A stretch of 63,903 nucleotides of DNA, filler included, from Licmophora abbreviata (GCA_900291995.1; 12 parts of 12 records of this genome joined end to end with filler, not necessarily neighbours in it), one strand, 5' to 3'; positions 45,491 to 58,327 are shown, counted from the whole stretch's first letter. Numbers and translations are program-made. The notes: a model not told the origin generated them from the letters alone.

Positions 45491-47362
45491 ATGAGAACGG
45501 CTACCCTTCGCTCTTCCCGACGACTACACCAGCTTTCGCGGGTAGTCACAGCCTCCTGTAGGCACTCGCTATGTCGCTGGCATCTCTCGTTGTCCGTGGT
45601 TTCGTCGCACCCGCTCTCGTCATCGGCGGTGGTTCGTCCCATGCCGTTCGACGATGACGACGAGTCTGAAGAACAACGGCCGTGGACGTCTATCCTGCCA
45701 GAGCATGCCATACGGACCTTTCCTCGGAGTCATGTTGTCTCGCCGTTACAGAAATCTGAAGGACCAAATACGTCTTCGGCTGATGGAGGGGCCCGCAGTG
45801 AAGAAGTAGTCGAACGCGTGGTGGTTCGGTCCCAGTCGTCTCCGAGCGAGCTCATGTATACTGGCGATCATGCCGTACCAATTACATCAACATTGCACAT
45901 CGTAACCCCTGAGGAGGACACACCACGAGGGATATGGCCTATTTTCCGAATTATGGTGAGCAGCATAGACAGACGCTGGTGGGGTGACTAGAAAATGAGA
46001 ACTGTTTAGTCACGAGTTCTGAGGAAACGAAACCAATCGAATCTCTCTCACTGTACGACTCCTCTCTATATTACTTTCTCTTAACAGGACGAAGATGGTC
46101 ACTTTCGAGATTCTAGTATGGATGGGTACGAGTCTCCCGGGGAAAGGGAACACAAGAAAACGCCGGTTTCTCCTAAGGCTTTCGCTTTGCCGTCCCCAGC
46201 ACACGACGACCTTGAGGGACTACGTTCGTGGCTGAAGACCCAGCATTCTGTTCATGCCCATGAAATTGAAGCCTCTTCCCTACTGCATCGGGCAGCTCAT
46301 GAGTTTTCCGACTTGGCCACGAAGAATCCTCTGCTACGAGCCCATCGACAAATGCTACGTCTAAAGGAGATGGACTCGCTGTTGCAGAACGCGCAACGAC
46401 AAGGTCGCATTTCATTTTACATGACGTGTCGTGGCGAAGAAGCCATTCACATGGGAGCGGCGTCTGCACTGGAACTGGGAGATGTAATTCTGGCCCAGTA
46501 CCGGGAAGCAGGACTCCTCATGTGGCGAGGTTTCTCTTTAGAGCAGTTTACGAACCAATGTTTCTCCAATGATGCGGATGTCGGAAAGGGTAGACAGATG
46601 CCGGTTCATTACGGCAGTCGAGCACTCAACTACCAAACCATCTCAAGTCCTCTCGGAACACAGCTCCCTCAGGCGGTGGGAGCCGCATACCGTCTGAAGC
46701 TACAGAGTAAACCTTATGTCGCAGTTTGCTTCTTCGGAGACGGATGCGCTTCTACCACAGACTTCCACTCGGCGCTAAACTTTGCCGCCACACTGAATGC
46801 TCCTGTGGTATTCGTGTGCCGCAACAACGGCTACGCTATTTCTACTCCTGTTACGGATCAATACAAGGGTGACGGTATTGTCAGTCGAGCACCAGGGTAT
46901 GGCATGGCGGGTCTACGTGTCGACGGCAACGATGTGTTTGCCATGCATGCTGCCGTGCGCGAAGCCAAGGCGTATGCCTTGGAGCATTCGGCTCCTGTAT
47001 TGGTGGAAGCCATGACGTACCGCCAAGGGCATCACAGCACTTCCGATGATTCGACGCGCTACCGCAGCTCAAAGGAAGTTCAGGACCATTCCATCAGCGG
47101 TGATCCAATTGTCCGATTGAATCTGTTCCTCAAGAACATCGAGTGGATGGACGACGAAAAGATACACTCGATTGGGAATGAAGAGAAGTTGGCCGTTTTG
47201 ACAGCTATGGAAAAGGCTGAGAAACGAAATGGCCCCTCTTTGGAAGATCTGTTTGAAGACGTCTACGATGAAGTCCCGAGACACTTGCACTTGCAGGCCA
47301 AAGAACTGGAAGCCCACATTGCCAAGTACCCTCAAAGATATAGTTTGGACAAGCACCATTAA
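45491..47362 (+). CDS. BCKDHA: Branched-chain 2-oxoacid dehydrogenase E1 alpha; exons 45491-45955 and 46088-47362
   Basis: AQRQGRISFYM, QYRE, GRQMPVHYG, ISSPLGTQLPQA, FGDG, CRNNGYAIST, TYRQGHHSTSDD. GT-AG intron 45956-46087. Confidence 0.95.
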
Positions 47363-47555
47363 AAGCCCAGATGAGCGAGTGTCATAGTTTCATGGTGCTG
47401 GGCACAATGAATCGAATGTATACATACGACACAGCAAAACATAGAACAGGGAAAACAGACCACAACTACTAAGTAGTCTAAAGATGAATGTTGATCACAA
47501 GTCACTCTCTACACAAATTACTCTAAGTTGCATCAGCGATGCCCGTTCTACGATC

Positions 47556-48254
47556 TCACTGCTTGAGGTTCTTGGGAGTCGTAATGTTGTCAATTCGGCC
47601 GCCCGGCTTGCCATCTCCCTCACAGATCTCCTTCACAAGGAACATGGCCACATCGGCGCGATCGATATGGACGGTGGGGGATTTGTCCGCATCGCCGAAA
47701 GTGACAACCTGGCCGGTGGGCTTGTCGTCCTTGAGTGCTGTGGCTCTGACAATCCACGTCTGATCCGCCAGCCCGCTTTCAAGAAAGGCTGCTTCTTGTC
47801 CAGTATGATCCGCAAGGATGTGTCGGAGGTGATATTCAATCAATTTTCCGATCCCCATGCCGACCTTGATGTGAGAAGTTCCTGCACCCGTGCTACTCAC
47901 GATGACGACTTGCACATCCTCCAAGCCGCTTGTTGTCTGTAGGGCGCGGGCCAAGGCCTGAGCCGAAGCCGTACGAATGTCTGTTTTGGAAACATCGTCG
48001 CCGTTACCAATGGATACGATCACGTGAGTAGCTTTTGTCTGGGTCAGAGCTCGTGCAAGGTCACTCGACTCGCGGGCATCCCCCTGTTGGATCGAAGCAC
48101 AGGCCTTGACGTAATCGGGTGAGACCTTGGAGGGATTGCGACAGAAAAGGTGAACTTGAGGTTTCGAATGATGAGCGATGAGCTGCCTCATGACTTCTTG
48201 GCCGGTGCCGCCGGTGGCTCCGATAATGAGAACGGACTGGGTGTTGTTGGACAT
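47556..48254 (-). CDS. NAD(P)-binding protein (NAD_binding_10), copy 2; paralog of 36133-36849
   Basis: IIGATGGTG, IKVGMGIGKLIEYHL, DHTGQEA, IDRADVA; colinear with copy 1. Confidence 0.88.
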   Translation of the reverse strand: MSNNTQSVLIIGATGGTGQEVMRQLIAHHSKPQVHLFCRNPSKVSPDYVKACASIQQGDARESSDLARALTQTKATHVIVSIGNGDDVSKTDIRTASAQALARALQTTSGLEDVQVVIVSSTGAGTSHIKVGMGIGKLIEYHLRHILADHTGQEAAFLESGLADQTWIVRATALKDDKPTGQVVTFGDADKSPTVHIDRADVAMFLVKEICEGDGKPGGRIDNITTPKNLKQ

Positions 48255-48357
48255 GATTGGACTGTGGTGTTTGTTGCTGGTTTCTGATGATGAAACTGAT
48301 TTGTTTGTTAGGGGAAGCTGTTTTGTGAGCAAAATATAGCTTCATCTTTGTCTCCGC

Positions 48358-48404
48358 TCGGGATCCTCCAGGAACATGGGATGGTCGGGATCCTCCAGGA
48401 ACAT
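48358..48404. repeat. Perfect 20-bp direct repeat TCGGGATCCTCCAGGAACAT x2 (period 27) in a divergent intergenic region
   Basis: Identical copies at 48358-48377 and 48385-48404. Confidence 0.9.
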
Positions 48405-48839
48405 TGTTAGCGTATTGCAATGACATCACCTTCCTGTGAGCTTCACGAAAAGGTATCTTTTTCACTTTTTCGACGTTGTTCTAGCTGTCTTGGATGACTG
48501 CATGAATACGCGAGTTTCGTAAGAAATACGATAGCAGGAATACAAAAAGACAGGCATTCGTGTATTCATATATCACTTTTGTTCCTGGATCTTCTCTGTC
48601 TCTCAAGCGTTGCTAGCGATGAACGCGTTTGGTATGATCCTTCCAACTTCATGACTGTTGCGCTGGGGAGTGCAGGTTTTCAGGAATGAGATGACTTCAC
48701 AGACCTCAGACCTCGCAATAAGAAGTCGAGTGAGTCGAGTCAAAATAGGTCTGAGCTGGAGGTGGACGAAGAACGGACGACGATCCATCAGCGACCGACC
48801 ACTGGGAACTTATCCAAAGAAGGCAGCCACCATGGGAAA

Positions 48840-50393
48840 ATGACGGGCGCACGATGCATTCTGGTAGGGCCCTCTTGTGCGAGACGGACCTTAGCACGAA
48901 ACCACCCCTGTTTTGGGAGTACGATTGCTCGATTTGTTTTCGCGGAGGAGAATAGGCGAAATGAAGTGCGGCAGCGAGCTTGCCGTCTTTCCAGCGTTGC
49001 TACGGCAAGAAAAGGGTCGAGATTGCCTTATACTCTCCCTAGTCCCTCAGACCTACGCTCTACCCAGCTTTTGAGTACTCGCTATGTGTCCACTTGGGAG
49101 TCACTGGACAATCTCTCAATCTGGGGCGGTACCGGTGTCATCCTGACGACAATCCACAGCATGGGCTTGCCGTACTGGTCGGGCTTTGTCGTTACCAACG
49201 TAATTGTCCGGACGACCCTAGTTCCGTTTGTCCTCCACTCGGCTCACGTAGCTGCTCGATTTGCAAAGGTAGCACCGGAGGTTCAGTTTCTTGTATCGCT
49301 CTTCCAGAACGACTTGAAAAAGCATCAGGAACAGGGCGCGAGCAAGCAGCAACAACGGCAGCTCTTGTGGACCACCATGAAGACACTACGTGGGATTTAC
49401 AAGTTACACCAAATCAATCCTTTGGCAGTCTTCATATCACCCATCTTACAGATTCCCTTCTTTTGGTATGCGTCTATTGATCTGCGTAAAATAATCAATG
49501 GTGGGGATCCGGAGCTGGCGAACCAGCTAACGGAATCGGGTTTCCTCTGGGTGACAGACCTCACGGATCCTGATCCATGGTACGGACTTCCCATCCTAGG
49601 CGGGCTGCTCCTGTACTACAATGTGGAAGTGGCTGTGGGAACAAAGAGTCTATCTGGAGAAACAGCCTCGCAGAGTAACATTGTTCGTATCATGAAGGAT
49701 GGTTTTCAATCATTAGCAATATTCATGCCATGCTTCATGTCTCATTCTCCGGCGGGCATGCAGATCTATCTGGCCACAAGCTTCCTTTTCACACTGGGAC
49801 AGGGCTATGCACTCCGCAGTGATGCTTGTCGCGCGTTGGTGGGTCTGCCTTCAATGAAGGCGCCCAAACCGGAACCTCAGATTGCCAACGAGTTCATCAA
49901 GTTGAAAGAACAGGAACAAAAGGCACGGGAGGAGAGAGGCGATGGAGACCTATTGGGCGTAGGAGTACTGAATCCAGGATACGAAGGATCTTTTGCAGGA
50001 ACGAATCGCACCAGTACTATAGTTGTCAGCGGCGCCGATGGTCGGACTTCGAAGGGGATTCCAGAGAAGTTTGTACCGCCAGCGCTGCCCAGTATGATTC
50101 TGGCGAAGAATATGTCGTTAATAGGAACGGGTGGAATCCCGTTCATACACGGCGTCTCGGCGCCCCCAGATCAACTCGAAAGTGATCAGGAACGCTTCGA
50201 ATCTGCAGAAACACTGCCTTCGAAGGAGCAAGAGTACCTACAGGAGGCTCCGCTGGACGTCATGGAGGCCGCCAATCAGGGTCTGGCCTCCCCGATAAGA
50301 ATGGCGCCTGAAGAAAAGAAGGAAACGCGAAAGTTCAGCGCCAAACGCTTCGAACGGAAGAAACGCGGGAAAAAGAGCAAGAAGAAGAGATGA
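48840..50393 (+). CDS. Mitochondrial Oxa1/Cox18/YidC-family membrane insertase
   Basis: Mitochondrial-type presequence, HSMGLPYW, VRTTLVP, LQIPFF, GFLWVTDLTDPDPWYGLPIL, PAGMQIY, basic C-terminal tail. Confidence 0.9.
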   Translation: MTGARCILVGPSCARRTLARNHPCFGSTIARFVFAEENRRNEVRQRACRLSSVATARKGSRLPYTLPSPSDLRSTQLLSTRYVSTWESLDNLSIWGGTGVILTTIHSMGLPYWSGFVVTNVIVRTTLVPFVLHSAHVAARFAKVAPEVQFLVSLFQNDLKKHQEQGASKQQQRQLLWTTMKTLRGIYKLHQINPLAVFISPILQIPFFWYASIDLRKIINGGDPELANQLTESGFLWVTDLTDPDPWYGLPILGGLLLYYNVEVAVGTKSLSGETASQSNIVRIMKDGFQSLAIFMPCFMSHSPAGMQIYLATSFLFTLGQGYALRSDACRALVGLPSMKAPKPEPQIANEFIKLKEQEQKAREERGDGDLLGVGVLNPGYEGSFAGTNRTSTIVVSGADGRTSKGIPEKFVPPALPSMILAKNMSLIGTGGIPFIHGVSAPPDQLESDQERFESAETLPSKEQEYLQEAPLDVMEAANQGLASPIRMAPEEKKETRKFSAKRFERKKRGKKSKKKR

Positions 50394-50603
50394 AAGTCTA
50401 GAACAGTTTGCCCTTATGATATAGAATTCCTTCGCCGTATGGTAGAATACGCTGTACTACAGGATGCCGAGTCAGATGCCTACTGGTACACGTACAAACA
50501 GAGCGGTACAGCACAAGGTCCTACAGTGCGGCAGTTGATTGATTCTTGGTCGAGAGACCTTCTCTAGTAGCAACAAACCTCCTCGCGATGTTTTGCTTGG
50601 CGC

Positions 50604-53600
50604 CTAAAGGTACATATTCATGAGCTGAGGGAGATGATTTTTCTCCTTCTTGGAAAGCTCGCCATACTCGTCGTTCCACTCGTAGACTCGAGCCAACTCT
50701 CGCCCTTTCTCCGAAACACTCCGTTTCAGCTTATTGAGAGCTCGCTCAAAGTCATCCATCGTCACTGGCCGCAGCCTTTGAAGTAAGCCCTGTGTGAGGT
50801 CCTCGACAAAGTTCCCAAGACTTCCCTCGTCAAGCAGCCGAGCCTGTTCGTGGCTTATCTGAACTACAGCCTCACGACACACCTCCTTGATATCGGATCC
50901 AGTGTATCCATCCAGACGCTCCGCAATCTGGGTAAGGTTGACGGCAGGGTCGACACGGTTCTCCGCCAAGGTCACTTCGAGTATTTCAGTTCGAGTCTCC
51001 AGATCAGGGAGATCAACGAGTATACGTCTCGGAAATCGCCGAAGCACTGCCTCGTCTAGATCAAAAGGGCGGTTGGTGGATCCAATAACTACGACGCGAT
51101 CGGAACCAGCTTCTCCTGCACCATTCGTGCCTGAGTTCAAACCATCCCATTCGCTCATCATGGTCGTCTTGACGCTGGTAAGGGTTCCGTGCGCCGAGTC
51201 ATCTGAGCTTCCTTCCCGACTGGACAGCAACGAGTCAACCTCGTCGATAAAGATAACGCAAGGGGCTAGGCGTCGGGCAAGTGTAAAGACTGCCTTGGAA
51301 TTTTTCTCTGATTCGCCTAGCCACTTATTCTCAATAGATGATGCATCCACGCTCAAGAAGCTGGCTCCTCCTTCTGTTGCAACGGCCTTGGCAAGCATGG
51401 TTTTTCCAGTACCAGGAGGCCCAAACAGAAGGACTCCCTTAACAGCCTCTCTTGCGATGCCTTCACTGTACAAGTGAGGGAACTTGAGGGGGTAGGTGAT
51501 GCTTTGTCGCAAGAGCTCCTTGACGTCAGACAGACCTCCAATCATATCGTACGTCACCCCGATGTCTTGGGGAGACACAACCTGCGATATCAGAGCTCGC
51601 TCATGCTTGTCCTGCGCCAACGCCATGATATCATCTCGGCTTCTGTGGGCGGCCGGAGAGCCCGCGACTGAGAGACCACCGGCCGGCGAGGGACTGATTC
51701 GACAGATGGCTGAAAGAGCAGCCTCCAAACTAGATGGATGAAGCATCTTTATTCCTGATTTCATTTTGGAAGCCTTTGAAGCATGAACTGGGACCTTTTT
51801 CATTGTCTCCTCGGCAGTCTCCACAATACCATCATCGGTGACCAGTAGCTGGCTGAGAGAGACGTCGATGTCTAGCTGCAGATCATCCTCGAGCGTCTCA
51901 TTTTCTGACTCCTGTTGGCGCCGACTCTTTCCCGCCTCTAACTCCACAGCACATTTGATGATCTCTTCCATATCATCGCTAACACTGCGAACGCTTAGCA
52001 TCTGTCGTAAGGCGGATCCCGCCCCCCGAGTACCTGTATGCCGCTCGAGAGACAGAGTACGATGCTCAAGTTCTGAGTTGAGCGAACGTCGGTTGTGACG
52101 GAAGACAACGGCCCCTCGCTCTCTGGTGACCCAGCCGTCCCATGCCTTTGCTCGAACAGGGTCTGATGGTGCCTGGATGGGAATATGGCGACAAAGCGAC
52201 TCGAGCTGCGCCAAATGGCGCTCTGACTTGCTGCTTTCTGGTTTTGTCGAGGAGCTCTGGGCACTTTTGGCCGCAACCATTGCCGCTGCTGCCGTGCGCA
52301 CACGATCTCGCTGCCGTTTCCGTGCTAGCTGCTCTTCGTCGCCTTCTTCAGTCGAGTCCCCGTCGTTGTTATTGAGAATCTTCTGAAACCAGCCACCGGG
52401 TGGTTTTTGGCTTCCCGGAAGCTTGCCGCGGTTCATGTGGCTAGGAGGAGGTGGGACATACACGCTCAGCATAACTCCTTGACATTTCGGATCTGTCAGA
52501 GCCGGTGCAGCGCGAGCTAGATTCTCTGCGATGCCTCGGCGGAGATTTTCGTTCTGCAGTACTTGCCGAAACGACTTGTGAAGCTCTGGCGATAGTCCAG
52601 ATGACTCGTCCTCGTTCATCTGCGCCAGGCGATCCAGTAATTCGTTCATTGCCTGTTGAAGAGCTTGCTGGACGACCTCCGGGGGCGGACTGATCTCAGG
52701 AGTTGGTGTCTGGGCGCTGGGAGGTAGCATTGGATTCCCTCCCATCGCAAACGGCGACGACAAGCTCGCATTGAAGAACTGGGGTGGCGGCAAAGGCATG
52801 CCTCCATTTGTCTGCATTTGCTGTTGCAGTGTGTGAGCCCAACGCTCCAGCTCGTCCTTCAAGGGCGAGTCGCCTTCCTGGTTCTGAAGACGCTCTCGTG
52901 CCTGCATGGCTAGCATATGGGGAAAAAGGTTGCCAGCCTGAGGCTCTGCAATTGCGCCGAGGATTCCGGGGGTTCCACTGGGGTCGACCGTGCGAGCAAG
53001 AAAGATATTGAAGCGACGTGAGCCATCTGGGTCATTCTGTCCGGATGCGTTCTGATTCTTTGGGGCAAAGCCAAACCATGGCGCCGCACCTGCGCGATTA
53101 TTGCTGTAGATATCGGAAGCCTCCATGCCGTGGCTTTGCGAAGTGCCAGCACCGCCACTCGAGGGCACAGGCTCGTCCGGCAGGGTGACGGTCCTCGCAT
53201 CTATACCCTTCCCCAAGACAATCATATGGACACTATCGGCTGAGGTGCACTCTTGCATCAACTGCTCCATTGCCGATTTACTCTTGAGAAGTGATTTCGA
53301 CGTCTCAGTACGAACAAAAATCACAAGAGGCAGTGGCTTTCCACTGGTACTCTTCTTCGCTGGTTTAATGCCGTCCTGCCATTCCTGTTCCCACTTTGTC
53401 ATATCCTGGCAGCTCGCCACGGCTCGTTCGTCATAAGGATCATCTAAGCCAGATGTCAAGTCCCGTTCCAAACATTGAGCCACAGAGGCGCCGCGTCCCG
53501 ACGCAAAACTTCCCTCTCGTGCCTGCTGCAACAGTGACTCCAGCAGGGCAGCCGACTTTGAATCATCTGACACCTCCTTTCGAACGCTCGACAGGACTGC

Positions 53601-54788
53601 ATCGTCCAGTATTACCATTCCGCAGCCTAAAGAGTGCGCCTGCAGCGTTGTTCGCGTGAAATCAGAATACCGCGTTTGTAAGTCGACTGGATCATGATTG
53701 ACAAAACACGTTTAGCATACGCAAATACTCACCAAAGCCATCATGACAGTTTCCTGCATAGAAAGGGTGGCCGTCGTAGGACTTTCAGTGTTGTAGAGAA
53801 CTACGCCACTCGACTGTGGCGCCGCTTGACGCCATTGGGGCTGCGTGGCCAAGGACAGTGCCGCCTGCAATGACTGTGAGGTCGCTGGATCCAAAAACTT
53901 TCGTCGGCTCGACTCATTCCTTGTAGTGCTATTCTGTAGTTCTTGAAGTAGACTGGCGTACAATGTGCGCCGATCCAGGCGATGGGATGAGGCGGACGCA
54001 TGTGATTCCACATGCGACAGAGCCTTGGGTGCCGGGGGTAAGTAAATGTGAGGGAGCCAGGCTTGGGCATGCGTCCGTCGTGTCGTTTTGGCGGAGGCCG
54101 TCTGCGCCTTATTATCGCGTCGTTTCTGGCGTGGACTGCGAACACCCACTCCTCCTCCACTGCGAGTGGTAGAAGAAGCAGCTTCATCGTCGTCTTCCTC
54201 GTCGCGCATCTGCTGCTGCACGACTTCCACTTCAACTTGGACTTGTTCCTGCGGTGACGCCTGAGCCTGAGGCTGCTGGGGCGACAAAATTTCTTCAAGA
54301 TCCAACCAGTCTGTGTCATCCGTCTCTTCGTCATCCTCGTCATCCGAACTATCCGAGTCCGGATCTCCTACCGCATTACTCTTTTTCCCATGCGACTTGA
54401 CCCCGACCGTGGCATCATCATCATCATCATCATCATCATTGTTATTCGTGGCAGACGCGGGACTGTTCGTTCTCTGTTGCGAAGCAGGTGTTTGCTCTTG
54501 CTCGTCGTCAGCATCCGTGTGGTCGTCGTGGGCCTCGTTGTCCCGTTGTTCCATCGCTGCCACATACTTTTCCAGAGTCTTCTCGTCGCCTTGCTGCTTC
54601 GTCTCGGTGCGACTACCGGCACGACCTCCTTCGTCGTTCGGCGTGGCGGCACCGCCTCTGGCAATCTCTTGTCCCGAGAACGTGGCCGCATGATGCCTCG
54701 GCCGAAAGCCGTGGGTCACTGATATCGACAACAGCAACAAAGCGGTCAATGCAGCTGATTTCCTCGTGTTTTTCACCGTTCTTGTCAT
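50604..54788 (-). CDS. Msp1/ATAD1-like AAA+ ATPase with long N-terminal extension and signal peptide; exons 54788-53733 and 53639-50604
   Basis: Walker A GPPGTGKT, pore loop KWLGE, Walker B IFIDEVD, SRH STNRPFDLDEAVLRRF, C-terminal WNDEYG. Intron 53732-53640 gives MAL|AHSLGCGMVILD. Confidence 0.9.
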
Positions 54789-55197
54789 GCTTGGAGAGTT
54801 CGACCTCTAGACGACAATTCAGACTTTATGAAATTCAATCCTCCAAATTTCCAAAAGAGTTATATACAAACTGGAACTTAGACGTCAAACTTAGGTTGCA
54901 ATAGGGTATCGCACTCTCCTTCTCTCTTCTGCAGAACATACGCCTCACTGAAGCGAGAAGAATGCCGCCGTCGTCGCGTCCTTCTCGTCAGAACACGACA
55001 CGCCGCGTGTCGGCAGAACACGGCCGTGTCATATCGCGCGCTCGTTAGGTTCCACGTGGAGGGTGGTACCCGACCAATGACAAAAAACACATCACAATTC
55101 ACGAGGAACGAATACACACCCGCCTTGCGTGATAAGAACGATAGTCTGGAGGGTGTCACCACCATGGCCATCCGTTTTGATCGCCACTACTCGCTTC

Positions 55198-56680
55198 ATG
55201 GCGAAGTACGGGAGTAGCCGCAAGCATGGAGGAAACAGATTTGTGTTGTGGCTGGGAATTTGTTCGATCGCTGGATCGTTCACCATGTACAGAGCCTCCT
55301 TCTTTGAGCCGCTCGATCTACCTCTCTATGACGCGGCATTGCCCTGGCAAGACCCCTACAGTGATAATACGACAGCTGGAGAGTACGGGTCGTTGGTCAT
55401 CCGAGAGGATTCGAATCGAACTTCGATACAGATTGGCACGGATAGTTCGAATTCGAAAGCTTCTACGGACCGGCTTGCTTTTGGGCCCACGGACAAAACC
55501 AATGACACTGTAGGAAAGTCCCGACATCTCGCACCGTTGCTCCCCACAGATCGCGAGTTTTACACCGTTCGTATCAATACTTGGAATCGACCTGAAAATC
55601 TGTACATTTCGCTGCACCACCATGCCTCGTGCGAAGGAGTCGCTCAGATTCAGGTCGTGTGGTGCGATAGTCAGGGTGAACCGCCAGCCTATCTGCAGAA
55701 CATGGCAAAGGTCGTGGTGGAACGGCACTCTGTCAATTCTCTCAATGAGCGCTTTCATGTCATGACTCCCCCTCCGACGCTGGGTATTCTCAGTATGGAT
55801 GACGATGTCTTGCGTCCGTGTGAAGCTCTTGATGCAGGTACGTGCTATGTATGTAAACCATGCTCGGTGCGCGGTCGATTGTTGTACCCTCACCATTGCA
55901 TCATTGTATGCGTTTGTCGCAGGCTTTTTGAAGTGGACTCAGAATCCAGAGCGTCTCGTGGGTTACGATGCAAGAGCGTATGCTCGAAAGAGTGACGGGG
56001 CTTGGAGGGTGCGTGCATTGCAGCGTATCTTCTGTCTTTCGCTTACCTCATGAACGCAATATATCTGTAGTCTCATCTGTGCGTGCTCCGCTTTTGTTGT
56101 GCATTTGTTTCAACAGTACCGCTACCCTTTTCTGGGTGACTACAGTATCGTCTTGCCGAGATTTTGCTTTTTACATTGTGGTTATCTAGAATCTTACTCT
56201 TCAAATTTACCAAGGGATATTTACAGACATGTTGAGGAATGGTTCAACTGTGAAGACATTGCCATGAGCTTGTGGGTCAGTCATCTGACAGGTAGCAAGC
56301 CACCGCTGTTGGCAGATGGCTGGGCCATGGGAGCCGTGCTCGAGTTGGAATCAAACAACTCGATTAGTTCTACAGTTGCAGGTCATAGGAGAAAGCGTGA
56401 CAGGTGTCTCGATAGCTTTGCAACCCAGCTTGAGCTCAAGGACGCTCTGGAAAATGTTCCGATTATTCAACCAGAGAGTGATAGATTATCAGGACATTTC
56501 GAAGATGTCGAACACGTTGCACGGCTATTGACACTGCTTAAAAATGTGACAGAGTGGAAACATAGGCAGAACACATCTAGAAACTGGATGACAGCGAACA
56601 TTGGTGTGCTCAAGTCGACCGTGAAGGATCGAGTGATTGGTCTGCGGGAAGCTTGGCAGCGAGAACGAGATGCGGGGTGA
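55198..56680 (+). CDS. Glycosyltransferase family 64 (EXTL2-like); exons 55198-55837, 55923-56008, 56117-56680
   Basis: Type-II anchor, NSLNERF, ILSMDDD (DxD), PERLVG, YSIVL, NCEDIAMS; two GT-AG introns restore the frame. Confidence 0.88.
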
Positions 56681-57405
56681 AGCTTGTAAAGTTCGCCGAC
56701 AACCTTTGAGGCTGCCTAGCCCTGCAAAAGGAACCGTCTGCTGCTCGCTTTCTTGTATGCGTCAAACTCGACTGATCCCTAGGACCGCCGCGAATGAGAG
56801 CGAGACTGCGTGGGATACACGCTGCCACTACCGTAGCGATGATGCAGTCAACATGTTTGATGCCACCATCTTTGAATATTGAGTGCTTGAAGTCATGCAT
56901 TCCTACTGCAGCTTCATGTCGGGCATAGTAAGGTGCGAATGCTTTCAGGCGAAGGGAACGTAGGCTAGGACAGTTCTACAGCACATTGTTAGATTAGAGC
57001 CCCTCATATACGTTCCAATCGATAGCGTACTTGCCTCTGCCGATTTGAAGTCGGTGAGAAAAAAGTCGAAAATAATATTTTCATCTTTCAAAATATGGAA
57101 AAAATGAAAAAATGAACTTCAAAACGNNNNNNNNNNNNNNNNNNNNNNNNNNNNNNNNNNNNNNNNNNNNTTAATTAATTAANNNNNNNNNNNNNNNNNN
57201 NNNNNNNNNNNNNNNNNNNNNNNNNNAAATATGGAAAAAATGAAAAAATGAACTTCAAAACGTTCCACGTGGACGGTCATCATCGGCGGTCATTCTTGCC
57301 GCCACGCATCGTGCCTTGCGCCCCTTTGCTGACCGGCGCCATCATCATTGCTGCTCCATTGTCGCCCTTGTTTTGCCTGATCCTAGTCTTCATAAACGTT
57401 TCAAT

Positions 57406-58098
57406 ATGAAGTTTGCAGCACTTGCTACCCTGTCGACCTTCCTGGTCGGATCTGCCATGGCTTCGGAGTGCGAAGGTTCGTATTTCCGGCGTCTGAGTTT
57501 CGAATCGTATCGATCGGTTGTGGAGGTCGCGCGAGATGAACATTGCAGGCGGTGCTTGGTCGTGCGGAAGCGTTGAGATTGCGGAAGAGTGTCGCTTCTT
57601 CCCTCTGCATAGTTCCAATCGTTTCCTCCTTCTAAATCTGCTCTTTGCGCTGTTTCATTCGTTCCGTCAGTTTGTATCAAAGTCATGGATGATGTAAAGG
57701 CCGCTCTCCCGAAAGAGGACGCGCGCAAGAAGCCCGCCATTGAACAGGCCCTTGGAGACTACTGCGCTAACGAGGACGGCAAGCTGAATGCTCGTGAGCG
57801 CAAGATTTGTTATTATGTTGATCCCATCAAGCGTGATATCTCTCAGCCATTTAGTACCGGTATGCCCACGTTGAAACTGTGCAAGAGAATTTCCCAGACC
57901 AATCCGGAGATCTGTACGGTCAAGTTTCCCGTCAAGACAGAAAAGATGGAGAAACAGGACATTTCTAAGTTGCGGGTCAAACAGCTCAAGGCGATTCTGT
58001 CTGAACGAGGAGTGGAGTGCAAGGGGTGTGTGGAAAAGGAAGAGTTCATTCAGCGAGTTATGGAAACTGAGGACTTGGCTGTGGAACATGAGCTGTAG
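57406..58098 (+). CDS. MANF: MANF/ARMET-like ER protein; exons 57406-57475 and 57671-58098
   Basis: Signal peptide, ECE|VCI, saposin-like cysteines (KICYY, LC, EIC), SAP-like KLRVKQLK..L...CKGCVEK, C-terminal HEL. Confidence 0.9.
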
Positions 58099-58327
58099 GA
58101 TGCGATGAGAGAAGCACGGAACAAGGGGTAGAGACGAATGTATGAACAGGAGACGACATGTTCGGTGGTTGATACTAGTAGCTGTGTCATGGATGTTCGG
58201 AACACCAGTCTATCGCCCCTTGCTAAGGTAACCAGTGTTGAAAGTAGATACGATACACGTTATTGTTACGCAAAAATCCCTCCCAGACAAGTTCGACAAG
58301 AAGAAACCTTACCCCGATTCTACTGTC

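Noticed and set aside
54412..54440. (CAT)n microsatellite
   Set aside because: Simply encodes a poly-Asp tract in the AAA ATPase N-terminus.
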